Assembly: GCA_000934665.2 (NCBI GenBank)
Contig: JYFJ02003320.1
Location: forward strand, 1 to 49,703
Direction of reading: 5' to 3'
Origin: Catajapyx aquilonaris
Lineage: Eukaryota
Length of the DNA stretch: 49,703 bases
Position numbers and translations under genes: made by a program. Shown one piece after another: positions 28,596 through 39,776 of the stretch (position 1 is the stretch's first letter; each line of letters begins with the position of its first letter). Under the pieces are notes generated by a model. That model was not told the origin of the DNA, searched no databases, and worked only from the letters and a program-made list of their open reading frames with translations.

Positions 28596-29539
28596 TATAG
28601 TAGAACGCTATTAAGGTCGACAACCTGTTAAAAACAAACACCGTATACTACAAATGCAATCTGCGGAATGCATTGTTTCAATGCCGATAATTCCTGACGC
28701 TTGTGTCTCCCTTCCAATCCCGGATGCGCGTATGAAAACATGCATGTTGTATTTCAAGCTGGCAAATGGACTATTTACACACATCGTCTACCTAATAATG
28801 ATCCTGTGTGGAAGAAAATTAATATACGCGAGATAGTTACAATTCACTAGGTTGGCCTGATAGCCACCATCAAAGAGGGTCCAGCGACTGATAATGTTTG
28901 TAGAAGCTCCTTGCCAACTTCCAAGAGAATGAAGAAAAAAAAATTGCGGAGGAACTTGTGACGTCATTAATGAAAGCTGTCTTCCTCGCTTGGACAGTAA
29001 AAGTCGCTGTCAGACATCCTCGCTTTTGCTAAATGGGATGGGGCCAGAAGGCGAACGGGGAATTGGCGGAGTGTTGAACCAGTTATCGGGCATGTAGACA
29101 GGTGTCATCACTAGTTCATCACTGATTCATCACCGCTCGCCAATCCCAAGAGAGAACTTTCGGGAACGTCAATTTACGTAATGCTTTTTCGGGTCTTGGC
29201 TTTTTAAACTTCGTCAGCGGCTTGTAGTATTTTCAAATCTTCGCGCATATGCAGGTTTGAAACAAAACTGATGACAAGACTATTTAATGGGTACATTTCG
29301 GAAGTGACATAAGCACACTTTTTTCGCCCGAACTATTATGTCACTTAATAAATACACCGTAGAGCAGGATAAACAGAGTATTCTGACTATAAGTCACAGA
29401 ATAACAATTATAACAATAAGTTCTTTACTGAGACCGACGGAAGAGTTTTCAACGTCGAGAACTCACATACTGCACAGACAGCTATTAACCTCGGTTTGTT
29501 CATCACTAATCTATAATATTTAAATGCTTGCGGACTATG

Positions 29540-29841
29540 TATATGCCCTCTGATTGGTCCGCCGCATATTGTTGCCGCCGCCTTCCGATTGGCCCCCGTT
29601 CATTGTTACCTGGTCGTATTGTTACCATGACGCCTCCAATTGGCACCCGTTCCGAGCATGCGCAATGGGTGGAAGAGCGCCACAGTCGCTTGCTGGTCGT
29701 CAACGAGGACACATCCACTCTTCCATAAACACCCCACGACCCTTCCACCCTCCTCCATCCACGAAGTCACGGTGACCTCACAGTAGGGAAGGGGGGGGAG
29801 GGAGGGAGGGAGGGAGGGAGAGAGAGAGAGAGAGAGAGAGG

Positions 29842-29883
<42 letters not shown>

Positions 29884-29895
29884 CGCGGTAAAATA
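29540..29895 (+). promoter_or_regulatory. Candidate proximal promoter and alternative first exon of Axud1
   Basis: CpG-rich patch with three CCAAT/ATTGG boxes (~29553, ~29588, ~29636), X-box-like GTTACCATGACGCC (29621-29634), GCATGCGC (NRF1/Ewg-like), Inr-like ACAGTC near 29682, a GA tract and a weak possible donor CG|GTAAAA at 29887/8. Confidence 0.45.
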
Positions 29896-30972
29896 AAAAT
29901 AAAAATACGAGCCTATGCTACGGTCTGGATCAGCCCCCGGACACTTATACTACATTTTGATCTTATCGCCTGCCGGGGCGGCAGGGGGTGGATGGGAGTG
30001 ACCAGACCTGAGTATTCTAAGATCATGGTCAGGTCTGGATCTGTTTTTTATCAGTAGTGCCAACTCCATGGACGTTTGTATACAAAGTAAAATAATTTCA
30101 GTTTTTTAAATCGAGGTCCTTACTGGCACCCTCGCGGGAAGAGTTGGTAAGCAGGATTGGGCGCGATATTCAACACTGAATCCGGGGATAGGTCGAGAAT
30201 GTCAAAAGAAACTGGTGGGGAGAATGAAACCAGTTTTTGATCATCTAATACAAACACTGCCGAGTTCCCTGGACGTTTATAATAAAAGGGAGTTATGAGT
30301 AGTTAGAAAAACGTGGTCAGAAAGTGTTTAGATGCATGTGCTAGTGCATGCGAGTAGCGGCGGTAGAGGTTGTGAATTTCCGTTCATACAATAATTGGGG
30401 TATTAAAAAATTCAAAAGGTATGGGTATGTTGAGGTGGGCAAATGCATATTTCCCAGCCAATGCAAAGGTGGGATTGCAGATGGGTCGCAGGGTACTGAT
30501 TCACGGATATGTGAATGCACGGAGGAACGGGTAGGGGTGGGGGTTATGCATATGATTGGGGGATGGGCATCATCACTGGGTATATAAGTCTGAAGCGATT
30601 AAAAATATGGCGGGCACTGCAGGCCGCAGGCCTAGAAAAAAGCGAGCGAAGCGAGTGGTTTTCTCCGCCTGCGCCATAGAAAAATGCACGCGTATCGTGG
30701 GTTTTTCTAGTAGGCTATAAAAACTAGAAATATTTGAGTTGAATGAGTTATGTTTTAGTAAGCTGCTTGGAACTATATCCCCAAATTGCAATTTCTCGGA
30801 ATTGATTCAAGGTGCCATTTGGGGTACGTTCCCTTAAATCGCGAAGGTAGTAGGCTACTCCTTCATCCAGAGAATGGTATACTAACGTCACAATGGCAGC
30901 AATAACTTTCAGTTATGTGAATAATGAAATTAGCAATTGTGTGAAGGTTTGTGACGTCAGCAGGCTCATTCT

Positions 30973-31225
30973 AGCCGGCGCCGGTGGACTAGTGGTTAGC
31001 GCGCTCGCCTCTGGTCCCAAAGTTGTGGTCGGTGACTTTTCTCCGGGTGGTAGAAAAGTGAGAGTGCGCCTTCCTTCGGAGGGGAAGTAAAGCCGTCGGT
31101 CCCGTGTGCTTGTGACATTGCGCGAGTGCACGTTAAAGACCCCCAGAATGGCCAAATTTTCAGGAGGAGGACCACCCCCTGGCGTCGGTGTCGGCAGAAA
31201 TAGGCCGACGTTAAGCCCCCACCAA
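30973..31225 (+). mobile_element. tRNA-derived SINE, family D (B box apparently deleted)
   Basis: Head GCCGGCGCCGGTGGACTAGTGGTTAGCGCG; body CCTTCGGAGGGGAAGTAAAGCCGTCGGTCCC...GCACGTTAAAGA resembles conserved invertebrate SINE central domains (Nin-like, from memory); 14-bp TSD AGCAGGCTCATTCT (30959-30972 / 31226-31239). Confidence 0.88.
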
Positions 31226-32632
31226 AGCAGGCTCATTCTCTGGATATGGGAATTATGAATTCCTCGACATAAAATCAAACCGTCACACAAATTTTAAACC
31301 CTGATGCAGCGCACTTTTACCAGGGGTCACTATATGGTGGTGGTACAGTGGATCACATGCTCATATTATCTCTCGCGAGTTAAGATAGGAAGACCTTCAG
31401 GGCGATTCACAATCTGCGAAAATGACCGACCTACGACATGCCAAAAACGAAATGCGCGATGTTACAGCGTGACAAAATCTGGCGAATTGATGAAGTTGTA
31501 TTCAAGTCGCGCAACATGATACAAGATGATCCCTTTTTTTGTGTGAATCCACAACGGTGCCACGACTTGGCTGTAGAATGTCTTATGTATACAGTACAGT
31601 AACTGACTGGAAGACGATATTTAAAATCGCCCATTCTGCTCTTTCGGCTCTACTTGAAAGCCAGGTGCGCGAAAAGACGAGTTCCTGCCACATACTGTCG
31701 TGTGACGCAAGTTTTTGTGATTCTTTTCAATTACAGTACTGCCATTCCAAGGGGAAAAAGCCATATCTACAAATTTGTAATCTACAAAGTTGAGCAGGGG
31801 GAGCGCCACATGGGGGAGGACGAAATGGGTGAGAGGAGAAAGCAACTGACATGGGATATAATTATAAACATTTTTTCGCTGGGTAGAACGACTGATCACT
31901 CAGCGCAGCATTGCTCCATTCTGGGAAACTCGTTGCAGTAGGGGAATGTCTTTGGCATGCTGCTCAAAAATGGACAAGGTGGCTCAAAAAAGAGCATCAT
32001 TTTCTATTACATGAACACTATTTCCCCATTTTCCGTCACGAGACAGACACCAGGCTCACTTCCAAAAGAAACTGAAACTAAGCCCAATTGACTGCTAGGA
32101 GTCGAGGCATGGTTTTCCAATGAAGAGGCCCTAGCTTGACTGTTTCACTGCTATGCCCCATGTGTTGAACGTATAATCACTTGCCAGTTGATCACATCGC
32201 GTATCACAGGTTTGAAGCAGTAGGGTTCACTGTCATGAGTTTTGTTATTATTAGTACACAGATAGAATGGTGCATTTGTTAGTATTTCAAATGCTGTGTG
32301 TTTCACCTACACTGTTACAAGTGCTTGTACCATATTACCTTACATAAAGCGGCATGCCTGTGTAGGCGAGGTTGAGCAGTTTTTAGAAATTCATGATCTG
32401 GTGTCTATACCGGCATGCCGGTTTAAGGCAAGGTATGCTGGTATGAGGCGAGGTTTTTACATACATTAGCCTTTCATAACTTGATATTTGCCTGAATTCA
32501 AAATCCATGACAATGCTATTGAAAAGGCACATTTTCCAAAAATTTAATACCACTATGTACAGTACTTTTCAATGACAGTGTGTGGCAATAATATGTATGT
32601 GCAATGCATTGTAGAGTACAGCCAATATATAT

Positions 32633-33071
32633 TTTATTTATTTATTTATTTATTTATTTATTTGGGATCCCCCTTGAGACCAATTGGTCAATGCAGGGGG
32701 AGGAGATCTCCTCCATTTTTCTAACTTTACAATCTTACCGGTGCAGGGACAGGGAAGGGATAGGGAGGCAGGAACAAAGGTGCAGTGCATTGTCCTGTGG
32801 TGGGGGCCGTGTGCAGTCCCTCAGGGGGCCAAGCTCAGACACCCCCCTAGGCGCGGCCGGAAGCCCCCCCCCACCGACACCGCGCCTCCTCCAGGGAAAG
32901 GAAGGAAGCGGCTGTGGCCTAGTTAACGGTACGATCCCGGGATTTCCCTGGAGTGACCTTGGAAAACCACAGAAAACCAAGGTCAGGACCGCCGGCCTCC
33001 GGGACTCGAACCCAGGACCTCCCGATTAGCAGTCGGACACCATATCCACTACACCACTACTGCTTCGGTTC
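32633..33071 (-). mobile_element. tRNA-derived SINE, family B (full length)
   Basis: Minus-strand A box TGGTGTAGTGG, B box GGTTCGAGTCC, (AAAT)n tail, 15-bp TSD ACAGCCAATATATAT (32618-32632 / 33072-33086). Confidence 0.93.
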
Positions 33072-33089
33072 ACAGCCAATATATATAAA

Positions 33090-33422
33090 ATAATAATGAT
33101 ATCCGGGTAGTGCTTGGCCTCTCGGCATGTAGCACCGACCTTTATTCATACAATGTACATTTTTGGAGCCTATTTATTAAAGCGCCCAGGCCCACAGGCA
33201 GGATGACAGGAGGGGATGTGCAAGGTGCAGTGCTGTGTCCTTGTGTGGCCATTTTTAGTGAACTCCCCTGGGTGGTTTGTCTTAACGTAAATACCACCCG
33301 AGACGAAGCCAGAGGTGACCCTGAACTCTGCACGAGATGAAGGGGGGAACCCCGGGCTGGGATCGAACCCGTGACCTTAACATCTGCGGGCGCATACGTT
33401 ACCGCAGCACCACTCCGCCTCC

Positions 33423-33423
<1 letters not shown>
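33090..33423 (-). mobile_element. tRNA-derived SINE, family A head and body with a different 3' tail
   Basis: 33255-33423 is nearly identical to 13535-13708; the distal part diverges; abuts (ATT)n at 33424-33495. Confidence 0.88.
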
Positions 33424-33495
<72 letters not shown>

Positions 33496-33639
33496 GTGTG
33501 AGGTAATACAGTATTTTACACAAGCATGATCTTGGTGAGGGGAGAGGAGTGCTTGTATATGTCCCAAATGACCAGCTGCTCCCAAAAATTTCTAGTCGGG
33601 CATGCTGCAGTATTTTATCTTTATGGATGTTTGTAGTTC

Positions 33640-33641
<2 letters not shown>

Positions 33642-33702
<61 letters not shown>

Positions 33703-33954
33703 GATACCCCGTGATAGGCCCCTTGGGCCTCTTAGGGGATCATCTTTTGAATTACCGACTTTAATCATTGAAATGTGATGGATTTTTATAGTGGGAGGAA
33801 ACGGGAGAACCCCGAGAAAACCCACGCGAACACGAAGAGAACCCATCGAAACTCGATCCACATAAGTATCCTCTGTCCGACCCGGGGATCAAACTCGGGA
33901 CCTTAGAGGTGGAAGGCTGCGGCGCTAACCACTCGGCCACCGTGTCGCCCTCAT
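33642..33954 (-). mobile_element. tRNA-derived SINE, family C
   Basis: Minus-strand head GGTGGCCGAGTGGTTAGCG...GAGTTTGATCCCC; core GGGTTTTCTCGGGTTCTCCCGTTTCCTCCCAC (V/Inv-domain-like, from memory); (ATT)n tail; 15-bp TSD ATGTTTGTAGTTCAT (33627-33641 / 33955-33969). Confidence 0.92.
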
Positions 33955-34345
33955 ATGTTTGTAGTTCATCACTCTCACTACATGGTGCAATCCCGAATTT
34001 CTTCCCATATAATGTACCAAATTGCCAATCTTGGCATGATGCATAATGGTAGGGTACTATAATTACATCCAGCAAACATTGCCTGGAGCTTGTGAATATC
34101 TGCAGAGCATATCCATTGAGAAAATGGACTGCCATGAACTGCTTCTTCTGCAATGAGGCACTCCTGCAAAGGTTGACACCCCTTCAAAACTACAGAGTTC
34201 AACATCATAAAGGTTGAATTGCTTGGATAAAAACATACACACCATGACTTTTGAATCAACCCATGTGTAATCATTGCTGCTGCCATCTTCATAGTGTTTG
34301 TCAAGTTGTTCATTTCATTATCTCTATTCAAGCAGGTAGCGGAAC

Positions 34346-34687
34346 ATGTGGGAGTCAGAAATGGAGAAAAATGTGGATGAAGACAGTAATAAAGCAACAG
34401 ATCCTGACAGTCCAGAAGAGCAGCTGGTGACAACTGCTACTGACTCACCAGAAGATGAAGAAATGCCACCTGAAGTAGCTGATGCAGAAAATTCTTTAGT
34501 CCTGCATTCTGATTCAGCCTCTGATGATGATTCCTCCTCAAGTGATGAGGAAGAAGGAGTAGAAGACGAAGAAGAGGAGGAGGAAGGTGCAGATGAAGAA
34601 GATGAAGAAGAGGAGGAAGAAGAAGTGGAAGAGGAAGAGAGTGGAGATGATGATAATCACAAGCAGCATGAACATCATAAACTGAAG
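34346..34687 (+). CDS. Axud1: CSRNP/Axud1 putative first coding exon (acidic N-terminus MWESEMEKNVDED...EEEEEE...HEHHKLK)
   Basis: Pyrimidine-rich acceptor TTCAAGCAG| at 34335, ATG at 34346, 114 open codons rich in D/E/S, donor AAG|GTGATG at 34687/8. The phase-0 join is in frame with the exon at 37408. No recognisable homology in this exon, so assignment rests on splice and frame compatibility. Confidence 0.72.
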
Positions 34688-36168
34688 GTGATGCCAAAGT
34701 TTTGACAAGTAGTAATGTGCTGCAGTAGATTTTATTATTAAGAGCACTTATAATAATTTGAATGAGCATGTAAATTAGAACAACACTAACTTTAAATGAC
34801 ATATCTAACTAGAAATGGAAGTTTGAGGACATTACTGTCCTTATCCTGCATTGCAGTGAGAATCCTCACCAGTGTGTGTGATCCCACTCAATTGTTCTGC
34901 TCAAGGCCATGCTGCAGTGGTGCGAATTTGCTCTCTTGGACGGGGCCTTTTATATGCTATCATAATATACTGTAGTGATTGCCCTCCTCTGGAGAATTGG
35001 TGTTTTGTGTTGGTCACATCAGAGGGCAAACTCTGATGTCACTTGCCAGACAATTCCTGGCGAATATTCTCACTTATTGGTTTAGTGGTGAGAATGCTCA
35101 CCAGAAATGGCCAGCGAGTATAGTTTACTAGTTGTGTTGACCAAAGCAAACCAGCCTAGCTCCAGTGCAGGGCTGTCTCTATACTATGATAAGACAGACA
35201 TGGCCCTGTCCAGCAACAGAAATTTCTACTGGAGCATCGCAGTCTCTAGCAGAACACTGGGATAGAATCGAACTTGCCAATGAGATTTCTCATTGTGATG
35301 CAGCATAAGGCTTTGGTCTCTAAAGGCTGGTTCACAAGCTCGACATTGCAATCTGAGCAAGGCAACCTTTCGAGGGACTATACACAAATGTTGTGTGCAG
35401 TGGCCGAGCGGCAGTGTTGCCCTGACAGCCAACGTGGTGGACTCCTTGCATGGGATGAACGGGCAGTGAAAATGCCCCACTCCCGCAATTCTGAGTTTGT
35501 GAAACAGCCTGAAGGGCCATCCTTGACAGTGATAGTAGAGGCATTGCATGATGAACTCAAGTGTGTGGATTAGACAGCTGATGATGGGCTTATGCATTAT
35601 GTTGATAAATTCATTTGCCAATGAATCATAACAGAAGCATGTAACTTACACAAGTCTTGAGATGCATCACTGCAATTACTAATTTAGATATGAATGATTT
35701 TGAAAGTTGTAGTGATGTGACACTGCTGTAGGCCTCCCGATAGAATTCAAATGTACAGTGAATGTTCGGTTATAACATCATTGTCATTGCCCTTTAGGCC
35801 AGATTGCACCATTGCGAGCAAAACCTGCAATAGTACCTAGCCTGAATGCTCAGTGAAAGCCCATATTTCTCATTCTGTGACATTCTAAAAAATTCAATTG
35901 TTACATTTTAATATACTAAGTGTTGCAACTGAAATATCTGTAGCGGTTACCAAATTTTTGCACTAAGCTATTTATTTTTAAACAGTTGCATTTGAATGAT
36001 TCTTTTATTGGTTATCAAAAGTATTAACTGATAATATTAGGCTGAATACCTACAGGAAGTCACTGGTTTACGAATGACCCAACTTAGTGTGATCCTTGCT
36101 TATGAAAGGCGTCTCTAGGCTCCCCAGGACAATTTATAATTGAACCATGTAATCAGAAAACTGGCTAA

Positions 36169-36556
36169 GGCCCGGTTCACACATGGCCACTTTTAGTGGC
36201 AGCAACTGGCCACAGGAACTGACCACTTTTGGAAATACACAGGATTGAATGAGAGCATTCACTCGTGGCCACTGGCCACTCTATTTATATTTATACCCAG
36301 TGATAGGGTACGAGGCCCTCTTAGGGGGGAAAGGGAGGTTCCCAAGGGAGGACGCTGTGCGGGAGTCATTTCTGACATTCTTTAAACACCAGGCCTTTTC
36401 TTCTGGCCCTGGGCAGAGTAGGGAGTGCAATTCTGCCCCGGCATGTCAGATGAAAAGCGGAAAGCTACTCTCTCATTCAATCCTGTGTAATTCCAAAATT
36501 GGTCAGTTGCTGTGGCCAGTTGCTGCCACTAAAAGTGGCCACCTGTGAAGTGGGCC
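36169..36556. mobile_element. PIF/Harbinger (Tourist-like) MITE with ~85-bp TIRs containing a nested retroposon 3' fragment
   Basis: TAA|GGCCCGGTTCACACATGGCCACTTTTAGTGG ... CCACTAAAAGTGGCCACCTGTGAAGTGGGCC|TAA; the SINE-type tail motif lies inside at 36294-36329. Confidence 0.88.
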
Positions 36557-36745
36557 TAAGTCCATTAGAAAATGACTTGGTTATTCTTCTCTTATTACAG
36601 AAGGCAAAGTTTGTTTGTCCATTTTATACCCATGTAGTACCTATTTCATCCTATTTTCAAACCTGGACAAACAAACTCCCTTTGGTGTACAGTGAGGCTC
36701 TGAATAACAATAGCATAAGTACCAAGTCATTTTCAAATGGACTTA
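36557..36745. mobile_element. MITE abutting the Harbinger element
   Basis: TAAGTCCATTAGAAAATGACTTGGT ... ACCAAGTCATTTTCAAATGGACTTA (25-bp TIR, 1 mismatch). Confidence 0.75.
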
Positions 36746-36759
36746 GCCTGTTTTCCAAT

Positions 36760-37052
36760 TCCTAGCAATTACCACCTGCTCATACACATGAAGAAATGGC
36801 TTGAAAAACATAGATTTGACGATGATGAAGAGTTGCAGCCTAGCATTCAAAGGTGGCTGAAATCACTAGCTGCAAACTTCTATGATAGTGACATACCAAA
36901 TCTTGTGTAACTATGACAAATGCCTCAATTAGCTGGAAACTATGTTGAAAAAAGGTAAACAGTTGTAGTTTTCAGTTGTATAATAAAAGTTCTGGGGGTG
37001 TACTGTTGTTTTTCTAATCTAAAAATGGAAGTTACTCTCTGGATTACCCTCG
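36760..37052 (+). mobile_element. mariner (DD34D-type) 3' fragment with decayed transposase C-terminus and right TIR
   Basis: Translates PSNYHLLIHMKKWLEKHRFDDDEELQPSIQRWLKSLAANFYDSDIPNLV*, then after a frameshift YDKCLN and GNYVEK; ends ...GGATTACCCTCG|TA. Confidence 0.9.
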
Positions 37053-37407
37053 TATTAGCAGTGAATACATTTGATGACTACTAAAAGTAACTACATAAAA
37101 GTAAGCAGCTTTGTGCCAAAATTTCTTCGCCACTACAAATGTTTCAGTGGAACACTCAATATATTCACATATTTTAAAGGATTTACAGAATATAACATGT
37201 CATAATGTAACATTAATAATGCAATTAGGTCATTGCCACACATTCACAGAACATTGGCATTGGTCACTGGACACTTAGGATGTTGGTTGGACTTTCGTGA
37301 ATGTTCACTGAGATTATGACTGTGTATTGTTGGGGGTACATGTAACTGATATGGAGTGTTAAAAATATGTTTGTGCTTTATTTTCAAAGGACATTTATTC
37401 TTTTTAG

Positions 37408-38115
37408 GTGTGTAATGAGGAACCGAAAGAAGAACCAGAAAAAAAGATATTGAAAGGAGAATCTAAATCATTAATGGAGAGGGCTGATGTTGTGGCAGGA
37501 GATGAGACTCAAACTTCCCCACCAAGGGAGATGACTCCTACTGCTTTAGATGGGCTCGTTCCACATCACCACAACCATCACAACAATCACACACACCATC
37601 ATCATCGGAATAGCAACAGCAGTGTCAACAACAATAACAGTACCAATAATAACAATAACAACAACCATCATCATCATCACCACCACCACCACCACCATCA
37701 CCACCATCATGCAAACCACCATCTACACCACCACCCTCACCATCACCATCATCATCACAACCACCATAACCACCATAGCCATCACAACCACAACTACAAT
37801 CACAATCACCATCACAATAATCACCACCATCACCACAGTAACCACAGTCACAACCATAATAATTTACATCGACATGTACAGGTCTCTCTGGGAGAGTCCA
37901 AAACTGATTTACAAAGTATCCCAGAAGGCATCATGGACTGTACTCCCATGAAAAGTAGCAACCTGAAAAGGTCTCATGCAGAGGCAGTTGCTGATGAGGA
38001 CGATGTGTCTGCTGTCTCTGGTCCTGTGCCCAAGAGGAAAAAGACCATTGCCTTTGATGATGTCACAGTCTATTACTTCCCTCGAGCACAGGGATTCACC
38101 TGTGTACCTTCACAG
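37408..38115 (+). CDS. Axud1: CSRNP/Axud1 exon: His/Asn-rich tract, basic NLS-like PKRKK and start of the CSRNP domain (IAFDDVTVYYFPRAQGFTCVPSQ)
   Basis: TTTTTAG| acceptor at 37407, 236 open codons, CAG|GTTCGT donor. The 'FDxVTVYYFPRxQGFTxVPSQ' motif is the hallmark start of the CSRNP family domain. Confidence 0.95.
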
Positions 38116-38349
38116 GTTCGTTGCTGATAAATTACCTATATCTTATTAGTAACAAAAATTAGTATCCAGCAGCTTAGGGATGTGGATTCTAATGTCACAA
38201 TCCCAATAATGACTTTCAACAATATTAACAAGGAAGCTAACAATAAAAGGCTAGTGACATCTGTACCCAAGTGTCACTGCTGAATTTTGACTGTTATTGT
38301 ATAGAGGGTGCCAAAAAAACGAGTTATTTCTCAAGGTTTTCCTAATCCA

Positions 38350-39199
38350 AAAAAGGAGGCGTTCAACCTATATTCACTGATGGGGCAAACACACTTTATC
38401 ATGTGACATGGACGCCCCAGACATGATTCACATAGGTTGGAATCGACATAGGATTGGACCAAAGCAGTAGTAATAATGAGAGTTTGATCCACTCAGTATC
38501 CACTCTTACCTCCTTTTGCATTTTGCTTGCTGCTGTGAGCTAAACCTGCAGCTGGCACTAGGTCAGTCACAGGTCTGCTCAGTACTCGCCTGTACAAAAG
38601 CTCTGATCAAGAATCGAGGGACAGGGCGAATATTGTGCAGTAGCGACAGCAACCATGGGCTTCAAAATGGCAGCATGAAGGCTCAGACCTATGCAAATAG
38701 AGATGTGCATTTGCCAGTGCTAGTGGTGTCAGTCAGCTCTCTTGGTTCATGTCCTGTACACAGTTTTGCTCCATAAACATAAACATAAACTAACAAACAT
38801 TGACACCACTAGCACTGGCAAATGCACATCTCTATTTGCTTAGGCTTGAGTATTCATGGTACCATTTTGAAGCTCATGGTCGCTGTTGCTACTGCACGAT
38901 ATTTTCCGTGTCCTGAGATGTTTGATCAGAGCTTCTGTACAGACGAGTACTGAACCAACTTGTGACTGACCTAGTGCCAGCTGCAGATTCAGGTTACAGA
39001 AGTAAGTGATATGCAAAAGAAGGTAAGAGTGGATCCTGCATGGTTGCTTGTGTAGTTATGCGTATTATTTCTAATTCTGTGGTCCAATCATATTCAATTC
39101 CAAACTATGAAAATGCTTTCAATAATGTACACGTTATGTGATGCGAGTAGAGTGTGTTGCATCATGTCGGGTAATGTAGGTCGAGAATACCTCCCTTTT
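38350..39199. mobile_element. Old foldback / long inverted repeat in the Axud1 intron
   Basis: Inner arms ~38498-38731 and ~38801-39034 are clearly reverse-complementary (e.g. GCAAATAGAGATGTGCATTTGCCAGTGCTAGTGGTGTCA); weaker similarity extends outward. Confidence 0.85.
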
Positions 39200-39776
39200 C
39201 CACGCATTCCCACCCTCCACTAAAGTAAACCATCAAAAGTACATCCTAGGGAGAGTTTTAGGTGGGTGCAGAGCAAGGGTACAAGTGATATTTTGGGATT
39301 GGGGCAGGGTGGGCATGAGTTACTTTAAAAACTTAAAAACTCTATCCACAGGTCATACTTGAAAACAAATGCTGTAGCTGGTTCTCTGAAGACCAAATCC
39401 TTCAGTTCATTGGTCAGTTCACAAAATGTGCTTCATGTGAATGTCACAAGTAATGGGGCACATATCCCATCTGAATGCTAGCTAATTCTACACTTTCTCT
39501 GTATCGTGATTTGATCAACACAAGTCTACTGCATGGCAGAGTCCATCTTTGAGGTCTTGTCAGCTTTGTGGAAATAAAGTAGCATAACATTGTATTGATA
39601 TAGTGCCCCAAATTGAAATGAAGCAGCATGATGTCAGGTGGGTTGGCAATGGAAGCTAAGTCAAATGGCTGTCAAGATTACCAAATCTCATATCTCTTGC
39701 ATTCAATATATGGGACTTTCTTCAGGTCACTGTTTATGTATCATTGTGTCAACCTCTCCTTATGGGAACTAAGAGA

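Noticed and set aside
30600..30837. Possible Kolobok/piggyBac-like end (...GTTCCC|TTAA)
   Set aside because: No matching opposite terminus found.
34437..34802. Minus-strand Leu/Phe-rich ORFs
   Set aside because: Antisense shadows of the GAR/GAY-rich acidic exon.
35226..35621. Several overlapping ORFs in intron 1
   Set aside because: No convincing domain or splice-compatible exon; probably an old repeat.
37550..37951. Overlapping Thr/Ile-rich ORF
   Set aside because: Alternate frame of the CAY/AAY-rich His/Asn tract; no independent evidence.
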